Positions 54,542 through 64,000 are shown, counted from the stretch's first letter. The stretch: 64,000 nucleotides of DNA from Minisyncoccota bacterium (GCA_041917695.1 JAYRXE010000037.1:66155-130154), one strand, 5' to 3'. Notes: generated by a model not told the origin, from the sequence alone. Made by a program: numbers and translations.

Positions 54542-57055
54542 ATGCTCAATTTTTTCGCTAAACTCGGTTCAAACAGGAAAATCGAGGAATATCGCGCCCT
54601 CGCGGACCTCGTGGAGACCTTCGACGAGCAGTTTCGGGGGCTTTCCGACGCCGATCTCAAGGCGCAAACCGAAGAATTCAAGCGCCGCCTTTCGGCGGGG
54701 GAGACGATAGACCAAGTGATGCCGGAGGCGTTTGCCGCCGTCCGCGAAGCCTCCCACCGGACGCTTCGTATGCGCCATTTTCCCGTCCAGCTTATGGGCG
54801 GCGCGGCGCTTCAGCAGGGAAACGTCGCCGAAATGTCGACCGGCGAAGGAAAGACGCTTGTGGCGACCCTCCCGGCATACGTGAACGCGCTTTCCGGGGA
54901 AGGCGTGCATGTGATCACTGTAAACGACTATCTCGCCCGCCGTGACGCGATATGGATGGGGCAGGTGTATCATGTCCTCGGCCTCACCGTTTCCTGCATC
55001 GTGCATGAAGGCGCGTATGCGTACGATCCCAGCTTCCGCGGGGAGGAAAAAGCCGATGAAACGCGCGACGAAGTCGGCTCATTCAAAGTCATCCAGGAAT
55101 TTTTGCGCCCCATCGAACGAAAGGACGCCTATCGGGCGGACATTACCTACGGCACCAACCATGAATTCGGCTTCGACTATTTGCGCGACAACTTGGCGAT
55201 TCGGCTTGCCGACAAGGTACAGCGCGGCCATAGCTTTGCGATCATCGACGAGGTTGATTCGATCCTTATCGACGAAGCCCGCACGCCGCTTATCATTTCC
55301 GCGCCGGACATCCAATCGAGCGAGTACTACAAGACCTTCGCGCGCATCGTGGAGCGCCTTACCGCGGAAGAAGACTATGCGGTGGATGAAAAATTGAAGT
55401 CGGTTTCGATTCTCGATTCGGGCATCGAAAAGGTGCAGAAACTCATCGGCGTCGAGAATCTGTTCGACCCCGAGCATTCGCGCCTGGTCCACTATCTCCA
55501 GGAATCGCTCCGCGCGAAGGCGCTTTTCCGCCGCGACAAGGACTACGTGGTAAAAGGCGGGCAGATCTTCATCGTCGACGAATTCACGGGGCGTATCCTT
55601 GAGGGTCGGCGGTATTCCGGAGGCCTCCACCAGGCGATTGAAGCGAAGGAGGGCGTGTTCGTAAAGGAAGAGAGCCGGACGTACGCCCAGATAACCATCC
55701 AGAATTATTTCAGGCTGTATAAAAAGATTTCTGGCATGACGGGTACCGCTTCGACTTCCGCGGAAGAATTCCACAAGGTCTATAACCTTGAGGTGGTGAA
55801 AATCCCGACAAACCGCGACATGATCCGCAAAGACCTTCCCGACCGGGTCTATAAGAATCAGCATGCGAAATATATGGCGGTTGTCCGCGAAGTCGAGGAA
55901 CGGCATACGGCGGGCCAGCCTATCCTTATCGGTACGGCTTCGATCGCGCACAACGAGGCTCTTTCGGCGTATCTCCACAAAGCAGGCATTCGCCACGAGC
56001 TTTTGAATGCGAAAAACAACGAACGGGAGGGCGAGATCATCGCCCAGGCCGGCAAGCCCGGCGCCGTTACCGTCGCCACCAACATGGCCGGCCGCGGCGT
56101 CGACATCATCCTCGGCGGAAATCCGCCGAGCGAGGAAGACGCGAAGAAGATACGCGACTGCGGCGGACTTCACGTAATCGGCACCGAGCGGCATGAGGCG
56201 CGCCGCATCGACAACCAGCTCCGCGGCCGCGCGGGGCGCCAGGGAGACCCCGGCTCCACGCAGTTTTACCTGTCTCTCGAAGACGACCTGGTGCGCATTT
56301 TCGGCGGAGATCGCATCGGCCGGCTCATGGAGACGTTAAATTTCCCCGAAGAGACGCCTATCGAATCGAAGATGGTGACGAAGGCCGTCGACCAGGCTCA
56401 GCAGAAGGTGGAAGGCATGAACTTCGATATCCGCAAGCATTTGCTCGATTTCGACGATGTCTTGAACAAGCAGCGTTCGGCCGTGTATGCCCGCCGCGAC
56501 GCCTTCCTTGATGCCGCCGAGAAGAACGATGTCATCGATATTGTCCGCGAAACGCTGAACCGGCACATCGAACGCATGCGCACGGAAGCGGAAGCGCTTC
56601 AAGCTCCGGAATCGGACGAAGAAACCGCGAAGCGGTACGCCGCAATCGCGGAAGCCGAAATGCGCACGGCCGACCTTCCGGAAAAGCTTGAACCCGAGCG
56701 CACGCGGATGATCGCCGAACACTTGATCCGCATTTCGGACACGCTGTGGGTTGAGCATCTTGAGAATCTCGAGGCCTTGCGCGATTTCGTGAATCTTCGC
56801 GCCTACGGCCAGCATGATCCCGTCGTCGAATACCGCCGCGAGGGCCATTTGCTTTACAGCCAAATGAATGCCAATTTCGACTCGTTCGTTTTTCAGAGCA
56901 TTTTTCCACTCTTCGATTTTGATCTTTCAGAATCCCGCGTGAAGCTCCGTGAAGAAAAAAAGATTGCGCCCCCGGCAGGACATGAAAATATCGGCCGAAA
57001 TGATCCCTGCTGGTGCGGGTCGGGGAGGAAATACAAGAAGTGCCATGGGAAGTAA
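54542..57055 (+). CDS. secA: preprotein translocase ATPase SecA
   Basis: Walker A MSTGEGKT, DEAD-like IIDEVDSILIDEAR, C-terminal zinc finger CWCGSGRKYKKCHG. Confidence 0.95.
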   Translation: MLNFFAKLGSNRKIEEYRALADLVETFDEQFRGLSDADLKAQTEEFKRRLSAGETIDQVMPEAFAAVREASHRTLRMRHFPVQLMGGAALQQGNVAEMSTGEGKTLVATLPAYVNALSGEGVHVITVNDYLARRDAIWMGQVYHVLGLTVSCIVHEGAYAYDPSFRGEEKADETRDEVGSFKVIQEFLRPIERKDAYRADITYGTNHEFGFDYLRDNLAIRLADKVQRGHSFAIIDEVDSILIDEARTPLIISAPDIQSSEYYKTFARIVERLTAEEDYAVDEKLKSVSILDSGIEKVQKLIGVENLFDPEHSRLVHYLQESLRAKALFRRDKDYVVKGGQIFIVDEFTGRILEGRRYSGGLHQAIEAKEGVFVKEESRTYAQITIQNYFRLYKKISGMTGTASTSAEEFHKVYNLEVVKIPTNRDMIRKDLPDRVYKNQHAKYMAVVREVEERHTAGQPILIGTASIAHNEALSAYLHKAGIRHELLNAKNNEREGEIIAQAGKPGAVTVATNMAGRGVDIILGGNPPSEEDAKKIRDCGGLHVIGTERHEARRIDNQLRGRAGRQGDPGSTQFYLSLEDDLVRIFGGDRIGRLMETLNFPEETPIESKMVTKAVDQAQQKVEGMNFDIRKHLLDFDDVLNKQRSAVYARRDAFLDAAEKNDVIDIVRETLNRHIERMRTEAEALQAPESDEETAKRYAAIAEAEMRTADLPEKLEPERTRMIAEHLIRISDTLWVEHLENLEALRDFVNLRAYGQHDPVVEYRREGHLLYSQMNANFDSFVFQSIFPLFDFDLSESRVKLREEKKIAPPAGHENIGRNDPCWCGSGRKYKKCHGK

Positions 57056-57563
57056 GAAAACGATCGTTTTTGTTTGCGCAGGCAATATTCATCGTTCAGC
57101 AATTGCCGAACAAGTATTAAAAAAAATTCTTAAGGACAAAGGCCTTGATAACCAATTCGAGATTATCTCAAGAGGGATAAAAGGATCCGCTGGCACTCAA
57201 CCAACGGCCCATAAAAACATTACAAAATATAACGAATGGTCAGCTTCAAGGCCTTCCTTGGAAGAACTGGGCATTGATATTACCAAACACGAAGCAAAAC
57301 CAATTTCTGAGGACATTGCGGAGAAAGCTGATGTAATGATTGCTTTCGATAGAATCGTTTTAGAAACTGATCCAGTTTCTTTGGTAAGACAATTTTCAAA
57401 ATTTCGGGGGAAAATACATTTACTTTCGGAACTTGAGGGAAAGGCGGATGATATACCAGATTGCAAAGACAACCAAGATCCAGAATTCCACCGCATAGTT
57501 ACAAAACGAATCTACGATATTTTGACCAATCACTGGGAAGGGATAATTTCTTGGGCCGGTTAG
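57045..57563 (+). CDS. low-molecular-weight phosphotyrosine phosphatase/ArsC-like protein
   Basis: P-loop VFVCAGNIHRSAIAE (C-x-G-N-x-x-R-S, with His where the second Cys is usual). AT-rich. Confidence 0.55.
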   Translation: MGSKKTIVFVCAGNIHRSAIAEQVLKKILKDKGLDNQFEIISRGIKGSAGTQPTAHKNITKYNEWSASRPSLEELGIDITKHEAKPISEDIAEKADVMIAFDRIVLETDPVSLVRQFSKFRGKIHLLSELEGKADDIPDCKDNQDPEFHRIVTKRIYDILTNHWEGIISWAG

Positions 57564-57610
57564 TTTCACAAAGGCGTCATGAAAAATAGGAAGTACCACG
57601 GAAAATAAGC

Positions 57611-58012
57611 ATGAAAATAGCAATATGCGGAAGCATGCAGTTTGGCAAGGAAATGCTTGATCTCAAGAAAAGCCTTATAGAAATTGGGCACGCGGTTGTC
57701 CTTCCTAAAGAAATCGAATCGTATGCGAGTGGAGAAAGAAAAATCGAGGGTAAGTGGGAAAAATTAGAAGGGGACGTTTTTAAGGGATATTGGAATGAAA
57801 TAAAAAATTCAGACGCTGTATTGATTGTGAATATTACGAAAAACACTATTGAAAACTATATCGGCGGAAATTCTCTTATTGAAATGGCTTATGCGCATAT
57901 ACTTGATAAAAAGATATATCTTTTAAACCCCGTACCCGATATGAGTTATAAAGAGGAGATTGAAGCAATGAATCCCATCGTGTTAAAAGACAATCTAAGG
58001 GGCATTACTTAG
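57611..58012 (+). CDS. nucleoside 2-deoxyribosyltransferase-like protein
   Basis: MKIAICGSM start and IGGNSLIEMAYA resemble the NDT-family fold. Weak. Confidence 0.35.
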   Translation: MKIAICGSMQFGKEMLDLKKSLIEIGHAVVLPKEIESYASGERKIEGKWEKLEGDVFKGYWNEIKNSDAVLIVNITKNTIENYIGGNSLIEMAYAHILDKKIYLLNPVPDMSYKEEIEAMNPIVLKDNLRGIT

Positions 58013-58030
58013 CGATATTAATAACTCAGT

Positions 58031-58450
58031 ATGGATAAAAACCCTGCCTGTTCGTTTCTTATTCCGTATCTTCTTTCCAACAATTCACGCGTATACCTTC
58101 AAAAAAGAACCGAGGACGCCCCCACGAGCCCGGGCTATTTTGGTTTTTTTGGCGGACTCGTGGAGGAGGGAGAGACCCCGGAAATCGCTCTTGAGCGCGA
58201 AATTCAAGAAGAACTTGGCATACATGTTTCTGGGTACGCACATTTCAAGTCGTATGACTTTACTCTCTATACCGCTCATATCTATATCCTCCCCATCGAC
58301 GATTCGTTTGAAGGGAGCGTAAAAGTATCGGAAGGGGAATATGGCAAGCTTTTTTCGGAAAATGAAGCAAGTGGCATTAAAATAAAAGATGATAAAAGGC
58401 AGGTGCTTTCCGATGTTTTCGCTTTTCTCAAAAAACAGAATGGATCTTAA
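58031..58450 (+). CDS. NUDIX hydrolase
   Basis: GGLVEEGETPEIALEREIQEELGI. Confidence 0.7.
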   Translation: MDKNPACSFLIPYLLSNNSRVYLQKRTEDAPTSPGYFGFFGGLVEEGETPEIALEREIQEELGIHVSGYAHFKSYDFTLYTAHIYILPIDDSFEGSVKVSEGEYGKLFSENEASGIKIKDDKRQVLSDVFAFLKKQNGS

Positions 58451-59051
58451 AGAAACATATAACAAAATTGCCGAAAACTGGCAGAAAGACCATTCGGGGG
58501 ACGGATGGTGGATGCCGGGCGTAGACGCGTTCATTTCGCGTCTTCCGTCGCATGCACTCGTATGGGATGCCGGGTGTGGAGCCGGGGTGAAATCAAAATA
58601 TCTTGCGGGAAAAGGGCTCCACGTCATCGGAACTGATTTTTCCGAGAAGATGGTGGAACTCGCATCGCGGGAAGTGCCCGAAGCCGAATTTTTCGTTTCG
58701 GACATCCGCGAACCGAAAAACGTCACGGGAGGCTTTGACGGCGTGTTTTTGCAAGCGGTGCTTCTCCATATCCCCAAGAAGGACTCGCAGGAAGTAGTGG
58801 GCAAGCTCCTCCAAAAACTGAAGTCGGGCGGGCATATTTATATCGCCGTAAAGGAAAAAAGACCGGGCGAGCCCGATGAAGCGATAAAAACCGAGAGTGA
58901 TTACGGCTATCCGTACGAGCGTTTTTTCAGCTATTTCGATGCGGAAGAGTTGAAGTGCATGCTTCTCGCGCTCAATTGCGAGATTCTCCATGAGGCAGTC
59001 GTTCCCGTGGCCCAGACGAGATGGGTCCAGATTATCGCCAAAAAGATATGA
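58413..59051 (+). CDS. class I SAM-dependent methyltransferase
   Basis: Motif I VWDAGCGAG, motif II-like HVIGTDFS, FLQAVLLHIP. The start may be the ATG at 58440. Confidence 0.65.
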   Translation: MFSLFSKNRMDLKETYNKIAENWQKDHSGDGWWMPGVDAFISRLPSHALVWDAGCGAGVKSKYLAGKGLHVIGTDFSEKMVELASREVPEAEFFVSDIREPKNVTGGFDGVFLQAVLLHIPKKDSQEVVGKLLQKLKSGGHIYIAVKEKRPGEPDEAIKTESDYGYPYERFFSYFDAEELKCMLLALNCEILHEAVVPVAQTRWVQIIAKKI

Positions 59052-59380
59052 CCATTCGATTCAGGGCTGTAAACCGAGATACCTTTGAGGCGATACGCGC
59101 CGGAAAAAAGAAGGTAGAGACCCGTGCAGCTACGGAGAAGTACAGGGGCGTTCGAAAAGGGGATGCTATCAATCTCGTCTGCGGAAAGGACAGATTTGAG
59201 AAGAAAGTGAAGAAAGCGACGCATTTCCGCACCGTGGGGGCGATGCTGAAGACATACAAATCCACCGATATCAATCCGAAATACGCTACGGAAAAAGAAC
59301 TGCGGGCGATGTATCGAAGCTTTCCGGGCTATTCAGAGAAGCTTAAAAAATACGGCGTCGTCGCGTGGGAACTTGCATGA
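59048..59380 (+). CDS. ASCH (PUA-like) domain protein
   Basis: Small beta-barrel-like protein with the ASCH GxKxxExR context (AIRAGKKKVETRA). Confidence 0.45.
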   Translation: MTIRFRAVNRDTFEAIRAGKKKVETRAATEKYRGVRKGDAINLVCGKDRFEKKVKKATHFRTVGAMLKTYKSTDINPKYATEKELRAMYRSFPGYSEKLKKYGVVAWELA

Positions 59381-59889
59381 GCCCGCTCTACCATCAGAAG
59401 GGAAGCGGGCGCGGGAAGTACGTCCTCCTTATTGGCGAATCGCCCTCTCCGCGCGGATGGCATAACGGTTTTACCTGCCGAAATGCGAAGGGAGACTTGT
59501 TGTCGAGCGGGCGGAGGCTCAATGAGCTTCTTTTGCCGTTCGGTCTCACCGTGGATGAATGCGGCTTCACCGAGTTGTGCCAGCGAGTAGTTGAAAAGAG
59601 GAATCGACTTATGTATTTTGCCGAAAAGGATTGGCCGCTTTTCTTAAAGAGCGTAATGGGGAAGCGCTATAAGCTTTTCGTGCTGCTCGGCGTGCATACG
59701 ACGAATATTTTTTCGAGGCTTTCAGGCATGCCGTTTGCGATGGGAAAGTTTGCGGATGTGGCGATAGGCGGAAAAAAGTATGCGGTACTGCCGATATACC
59801 ATCCTTCCCCGATCAATCCGAAAAACCGCGAGCGGAATCGCGAGATTTTCCGGCGACAGGCGCGGAGGCTCGGGGTTTTTGTAAAATAA
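59377..59889 (+). CDS. uracil-DNA glycosylase superfamily protein
   Basis: Motif A-like LLIGESPSPRGW and C-terminal HPSPIN (motif B) as in UDG families 4/5. Confidence 0.5.
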   Translation: MSPLYHQKGSGRGKYVLLIGESPSPRGWHNGFTCRNAKGDLLSSGRRLNELLLPFGLTVDECGFTELCQRVVEKRNRLMYFAEKDWPLFLKSVMGKRYKLFVLLGVHTTNIFSRLSGMPFAMGKFADVAIGGKKYAVLPIYHPSPINPKNRERNREIFRRQARRLGVFVK

Positions 59890-59894
59890 GAAGT

Positions 59895-60383
59895 ATGGAA
59901 AACAACCATTACCTCCACGAAATCGCAATTACGGCAATCATTGTGAAAGACGGGAAGTATCTCATCGTGCGCCGCTCTCCCGAAAAGAAGCGATTCCCGG
60001 GGATGTGGGTGGTGCCCGGCGGACGGCTCGAGGCAAAAGATTACTTGGAGCTTCCGAAAGACACGGAACATTATTGGTACAATGTTTTAGAACGCACGCT
60101 GAAGCGGGAGGTGCAGGAGGAGGTCGGCCTCGAAATTGAAAACATAGAGTACGTGACGAGTCTCGCCACCGTCCATGCGGACGGCGCGCCTTCGCTTGTC
60201 ATTTCATGCGCCGCCGATTACGTTTCCGGCGACGTGCGGCTCGAGGAGGGGGAGACGGTCGAGTATGCGTGGGTGAGCCTCGAAGAAGCGAAGAATTACA
60301 GCCTCATCGACGGGATTTATGACGAACTCGTGATGACCGAGGCCCTCAAAAAAGGCAAAAAAGCCGAGTGGCAACGGGCATAA
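59895..60383 (+). CDS. NUDIX hydrolase
   Basis: GGRLEAKDYLE...LKREVQEEVGLEI. Confidence 0.75.
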   Translation: MENNHYLHEIAITAIIVKDGKYLIVRRSPEKKRFPGMWVVPGGRLEAKDYLELPKDTEHYWYNVLERTLKREVQEEVGLEIENIEYVTSLATVHADGAPSLVISCAADYVSGDVRLEEGETVEYAWVSLEEAKNYSLIDGIYDELVMTEALKKGKKAEWQRA

Positions 60384-60437
60384 ACCCTTCCGCAACGGGG
60401 GTTTTCAAGGTCATTTTTTCGTGGTAACGTAAGGCAT

Positions 60438-61442
60438 ATGCTCGATGTCCTTTCGATCGGGACGGCCACGCGGGACGTCTTTCTTACGAGCACTTCATTT
60501 AAGGTCCTGAAGGACCCGAAGCACTTGGAAAAGATCGGTTTTCCCAAGGGGGAAGCCGCGTGCATGGCGCTCGGTTCAAAACTTGAAGTAGGGATGCCCG
60601 TATTCACCACCGGGGGCGGAGCCGCAAACTCAGCGGTGTCTTTTGCGCGGCAGGGACTGCGGACCGGCGCCATCATAAAAGTTGGCGAAGACGATTCGGG
60701 GGAAGCGGTTATCGAAAGCCTTAAAAACGAAGGGGTAAAGGTTTTCGCTTCCCGTTCAAAAAATGACGGTACCGCATACTCGACCGTGCTTATTACCGAA
60801 GGCGGCGAGCGCACTATTTTGGTCTATCGCGGGGCGGGGGAGGACGTGCGCGACCGCGACATACCCGCCGCCGCCCTTCAGGCAAAATGGGCGTATATTT
60901 CGCCGGGGAACATCCCGAATAGCGTCATGCAAAAATGCTTTGCAACCCTTAAGAAAAATAAGACGAAGATCGCCTTCAATCCCTCGATGGCATACATAAA
61001 ACATCCGGGAACGCTGAAGCCCCTTTTGAAGCAGGCCGATGTCGTTTTCTTGAACCGTGAAGAAGCGGCGCTTCTTACCGATCTTCCATATCATAAAGGC
61101 ACGAAAATACTCCAAACTTTTTTTGACATGGTTGAAAACGGCATTGCGGTTATGACCGAAGACAAAAATGGAGCGACTGCCTGCGATGGCAATTATTTCT
61201 ATCGCGCCGGCGTTTTCCCGGGTACGAAACCCGTTGACGAAACGGGTGCAGGAGACGCTTTCGGCGCGGGATTCGTCGCGGGACTCATTGAAAAGGGAGA
61301 AGTGCTCTATGCGCTCCGGCTCGCCTCTGCGAACGCCGCTTCCATTGTCGAGTCGGTGGGAGCTTCAACGGGCGCGCTTACAAAAAAAGGATTTAAATCC
61401 CTGCGGTGGAACGAGATTTCGCTCGACATCGAAGAGCGCTAG
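60438..61442 (+). CDS. PfkB-family carbohydrate/ribokinase-like kinase
   Basis: C-terminal [16 protein letters not shown] PfkB signature 2. Confidence 0.8.
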   Translation: MLDVLSIGTATRDVFLTSTSFKVLKDPKHLEKIGFPKGEAACMALGSKLEVGMPVFTTGGGAANSAVSFARQGLRTGAIIKVGEDDSGEAVIESLKNEGVKVFASRSKNDGTAYSTVLITEGGERTILVYRGAGEDVRDRDIPAAALQAKWAYISPGNIPNSVMQKCFATLKKNKTKIAFNPSMAYIKHPGTLKPLLKQADVVFLNREEAALLTDLPYHKGTKILQTFFDMVENGIAVMTEDKNGATACDGNYFYRAGVFPGTKPVDETGAGDAFGAGFVAGLIEKGEVLYALRLASANAASIVESVGASTGALTKKGFKSLRWNEISLDIEER

Positions 61443-61464
61443 TGCTACAAAAGAATACGGTTAC

Positions 61465-62190
61465 ATGGAGAATGTAAAAAAACTCATTCTGGAAGCCCGT
61501 GCAGGCGCGGGCGGAGACGAAGCGGCGCTCTTTGCGGGGGATTTGGTGCGCATGTACCAAAAATACGCCGCAAAGCGCGGGTGGAAATTCCAGCCGCTCG
61601 ATTGGAACGAAGTTTCAAGCCGCGGGTATAAGACATTCATCGCCGAAGTTTCCGGCGAGGGAGCCTACGATGCGCTCAAAAACGAATCGGGGGTGCACCG
61701 CGTCCAGCGCGTTCCCGAAACGGAGCGGAGCGGGCGGGTCCATACGTCCACGGCGTCGATAGCGGTATTGCCGGTCGTGGAAGCCAAAGACGTTGAAATC
61801 AAGGAGAGCGATTTGGAGGTGACGTTTTCCCGCGCGGGCGGTCCGGGCGGGCAAAACGTGAACAAAGTCGAGACCGCCGTGCGCATCATGCATAAGCCGA
61901 CTGGGCTCGTCGTCGCTTCGCGGGAAGAGCGCAGTCAGCACGCCAATCGCGATAAGGCGATGGAAATTCTCCGCGCGAAGCTCTTTGAAGCCCAGCGGGA
62001 GCAGGCCGTGGGATCTATCACGGAATTAAGGAAAGAACAGGTGGGTTCGGCGGACCGTTCGGAAAAAATCCGCACGTATAACTTCCCCCAAGACCGCCTT
62101 ACCGATCACCGCATCGGCAAGAAGTGGTCGAACATCGAACGCATCCTGGAAGGGGATATGGAGAAAATCGTAGAGGCATTTACGAAGTAA
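61465..62190 (+). CDS. prfA: class I peptide chain release factor (RF1-type, P-E-T tripeptide) lacking N-terminal domain 1
   Basis: Starts at [27 protein letters not shown] (the start of RF domain 2). Has [17 protein letters not shown] (PxT-type decoding motif) and the GGQ motif [12 protein letters not shown]. No domain-1 coding potential upstream (the pfkB gene ends at 61442). Confidence 0.7.
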   Translation: MENVKKLILEARAGAGGDEAALFAGDLVRMYQKYAAKRGWKFQPLDWNEVSSRGYKTFIAEVSGEGAYDALKNESGVHRVQRVPETERSGRVHTSTASIAVLPVVEAKDVEIKESDLEVTFSRAGGPGGQNVNKVETAVRIMHKPTGLVVASREERSQHANRDKAMEILRAKLFEAQREQAVGSITELRKEQVGSADRSEKIRTYNFPQDRLTDHRIGKKWSNIERILEGDMEKIVEAFTK

Positions 62191-62192
62191 CG

Positions 62193-62226
62193 ATAAAAAA
62201 CCGCCCGGAAGGGCGGTTTTTTATTA
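62193..62226. terminator. bidirectional terminator (AAAACCGCCC-GGAA-GGGCGGTTTT)
   Basis: Perfect stem between convergent prfA and gene 62233..63660. Confidence 0.55.
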
Positions 62227-62232
62227 AGCGCG

Positions 62233-63660
62233 CTAGACGGAATCCAAGAGGTCTATATCGCGTTGGAACTTGGCGGCATTCTCAATGACCTTGCCGGCGT
62301 AATAGGTGCAGGCATACCGTTGCCAATTCGAACCGCAATAGTAGATGGCGGCCGCCCGGCGCTCATCGGAGGCGTTTTTCGTGTCGCCGCCGAAGTTTTT
62401 AAGATAGAGGGCGGTAGCAACGAACGCGTCCGAATTGTTCCAGGGATTCGGAGGATTATGACCCGTAAGCGAAGCGATGCGGGACTTGTACGCTTTCCAC
62501 GTGGAGGGGATAAATTGCGCCGGACCCATGGCCCCGCCGTAGGTGCCGTCCGCATTCGGACAGGAAATCTTTGCAAATTGGGATGTGGGGTCGATACCGA
62601 GTTCCCTGGTGATTTCCTCGAATACGGGGATTTCCTTCGGGTTCATGTTGGTTTTTCCGCTCGATGCGTTGATGGCGTTATAGATGCACTTGCCGGTATT
62701 GGCTCCGAAGCGGGATTCGCGGTCGAGAATACCGAGGATGAATGCGGCGCGCACGCCCGTCGCCCGTTCGGCGATTCGCGCGTAGTTCAATGCCTGTTCG
62801 AAGCTCAAGGAGCCGCCGCCTAAAAGTTCGAAGAGGCGCGTGCGGATTTTTGACGCTTCCGCCTGCTTTTGAGCCAACAATTTTTGATATTCGCTTTCCT
62901 TGCCCTGCGTTACCTTCAAGAGGCTGTTTTTCTGGCTTTGCGTACTTTGGATGCCTTTCTTTTGGGAGTCCTGGATGGCGCGGAGATTTTCAGCGTCCTG
63001 CTTTTCAAGCGAAAGCTCCTCTTTTTGGTCAAGAAGTTCCTGGCGGAGCTTGGTGATGTTTTGGAGAGAGACGCGAAGATTTTCCTGCACCAGCTGGAGG
63101 TCGTTCAATTTGCCGAAGAAATCCGAAAATTCGCTGTTGGAGAGCAAGATGGTGAGCAGGTTTTCGTTGCTTGATTCGTAAATCGTCTGCAGGCTTTCTC
63201 CGATGGCATCGCGATGCTGGTCAATCTTATTTTCCGTGCGGTTGATTTGGCTCTGCGTTTCCGAGATGTCCTGGTTCAGCTTGGAGAGGTTGAGGTTTAC
63301 CGTCTTTATCTGCAGGTTTAATTTCTGAATCTGCGCATTCAAACTACTGATCTCGCCTTTTAAGCTGTTGCCTTTCTTGCGGTATTCATCAATGGTGCGC
63401 TGGGTTTCCTCGATCTGCTGCTCGTATTCTTTAAGCTGTTTCTCGAGTTCTTCGCGTTCCTGTTGCTTCAGCGCGGCGCCTTCCTGGGCGTTTACGAGAC
63501 TCAGTTGAGGGGCCTGCACGAAGCCCGTGAAAAACGAAATAACGACCCCGGCGGTAATGGCGTATTGCGCTATCTTCTTTACCGGAATCCGGAGAAATCC
63601 GGTGTAAGACATATTGAGACGCGTTTTCGCGTCTGTGGTAATATCTCGGACTTTTTTCAT
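62233..63660 (-). CDS. membrane-anchored coiled-coil protein with C-terminal lytic-transglycosylase-like peptidoglycan hydrolase domain
   Basis: N-terminal TM, about 250 aa of heptad-rich Q/E/K/L sequence, and a C-terminal segment (ERATGVRAAFILGILDRESRFG...GPAQFIPSTW) resembling MltB/SLT-type transglycosylases. Confidence 0.5.
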   Translation of the reverse strand: MKKVRDITTDAKTRLNMSYTGFLRIPVKKIAQYAITAGVVISFFTGFVQAPQLSLVNAQEGAALKQQEREELEKQLKEYEQQIEETQRTIDEYRKKGNSLKGEISSLNAQIQKLNLQIKTVNLNLSKLNQDISETQSQINRTENKIDQHRDAIGESLQTIYESSNENLLTILLSNSEFSDFFGKLNDLQLVQENLRVSLQNITKLRQELLDQKEELSLEKQDAENLRAIQDSQKKGIQSTQSQKNSLLKVTQGKESEYQKLLAQKQAEASKIRTRLFELLGGGSLSFEQALNYARIAERATGVRAAFILGILDRESRFGANTGKCIYNAINASSGKTNMNPKEIPVFEEITRELGIDPTSQFAKISCPNADGTYGGAMGPAQFIPSTWKAYKSRIASLTGHNPPNPWNNSDAFVATALYLKNFGGDTKNASDERRAAAIYYCGSNWQRYACTYYAGKVIENAAKFQRDIDLLDSV

Positions 63661-63706
63661 TCGTATATCCTAACGAGGTAATTATACAGAAGTTACCGAG
63701 GCGCCG

Positions 63707-63737
63707 CAAAAAAACCCGCTTTCGCGGGTTTTTTCCT
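63707..63737 (-). terminator. rho-independent terminator downstream of the L25 gene
   Basis: AAAAAAACCCGC-TTTC-GCGGGTTTTTT. Confidence 0.5.
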
Positions 63738-64000
63738 ACTCCTTCGCCGGAGAGCCTTCCGTTACGGCAGGTTCAGTTCCTTCGGCGCTCGGCGGGGGAG
63801 CCGCTTCCTCCTCTTTTTGCTTTTCAGTAACGGCGACGACAACCGTTTCTTCCGGCGTGACAATTTTTATTCCTTTCGGAACGGCAATCTCCTTTACGGA
63901 AATGTCGTGAGTCGCGTCCTCTAGGCCGGAAATGTCGATTTCAAACGAGGGAGGGATGTTCGTCGGAAGCGTTTCTATCTCAAGTTCATTCAATGCCTGG
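63736..64000 (-). CDS. 50S ribosomal protein L25/general stress protein Ctc, C-terminal part (gene continues beyond the window)
   Basis: LNELEIETLPTNIPPSFEIDISGLEDATHDISVKEIAVPKGIKIV matches the Ctc-form bL25 C-terminal domain, followed by an acidic/Pro-rich tail. Confidence 0.6.
   Translation of the reverse strand, partial: QALNELEIETLPTNIPPSFEIDISGLEDATHDISVKEIAVPKGIKIVTPEETVVVAVTEKQKEEEAAPPPSAEGTEPAVTEGSPAKE

Noticed and set aside
55079-56194. 371-aa minus-strand ORF
   Set aside because: Antisense to secA.
61168-61464. Upstream extension of the release factor ORF
   Set aside because: It overlaps the pfkB-family kinase gene in another frame and has no RF domain-1 similarity. The start was taken as the ATG at 61465.
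1-64000. CRISPR arrays and alternative genetic code
   Set aside because: No regularly spaced direct repeats were seen anywhere. TGA terminates confidently identified genes (SIR2 gene at 10560-10562, the comEC fragment at 50758-50760), so UGA recoding is not supported.

Overview
This window reads as a Patescibacteria/CPR-type chromosomal segment. Coding is dense with short intergenic spacers, the genetic code is standard (TGA is used as a stop, for example the SIR2 gene stop at 10560-10562), and the backbone is visibly GC-rich with several AT-rich inserts. Recognisable housekeeping genes are lexA, a PIF1-like helicase, an ABC transporter pair, a P-type cation ATPase, a CPA2 antiporter, rplU, pth, lepB, a hisS-like gene, a HIT protein, rpsU, a YqeY protein, ybeY, ftsA, ftsZ, rpmG, malic enzyme, ddl, secD, secF, efp, mnmA, comEC, rmuC, capA, secA, a truncated prfA, the C-terminal end of L25/Ctc, four tRNAs and four NUDIX hydrolases.

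The main non-housekeeping features are:
1. An AT-rich island of about 6.3 kb (about 7.1-13.4 kb). It carries a translationally coupled four-gene operon: an N6-adenine methyltransferase, a DUF262(DGQQR)+HNH nuclease, a SIR2-family protein and a HerA-like ATPase. The SIR2+HerA pair is an already described anti-phage system; the coupling to the methyltransferase/nuclease pair looks new. A small zinc-ribbon plus membrane-protein gene pair follows.
2. A tRNA-Thr(GGU) interrupted at position 36/37 by a roughly 190-nt group I intron of the cyanobacterial tRNA-Leu/Azoarcus type. A free-standing LAGLIDADG homing-endonuclease gene lies immediately upstream; its stop codon sits inside the tRNA 5' exon.
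3. A cluster encoding a protein with a sigma-70 region-4 HTH, two membrane proteins and two tandem paralogous HerA/FtsK-superfamily (DPHGE-type) ATPases. The second ATPase ends in a Cys4 zinc ribbon and a Pro/Arg-rich tail.
4. comEC is split into two overlapping ORFs at a T7 homopolymer.
5. Three minus-strand genes each carry a conserved 19-nt motif just 5' of their ribosome-binding site, and two of them are paralogous membrane proteins flanking the helicase gene.
6. A release factor 1 gene that lacks domain 1.

All calls below rest on motif-level reading of the supplied translations. No database search was possible.
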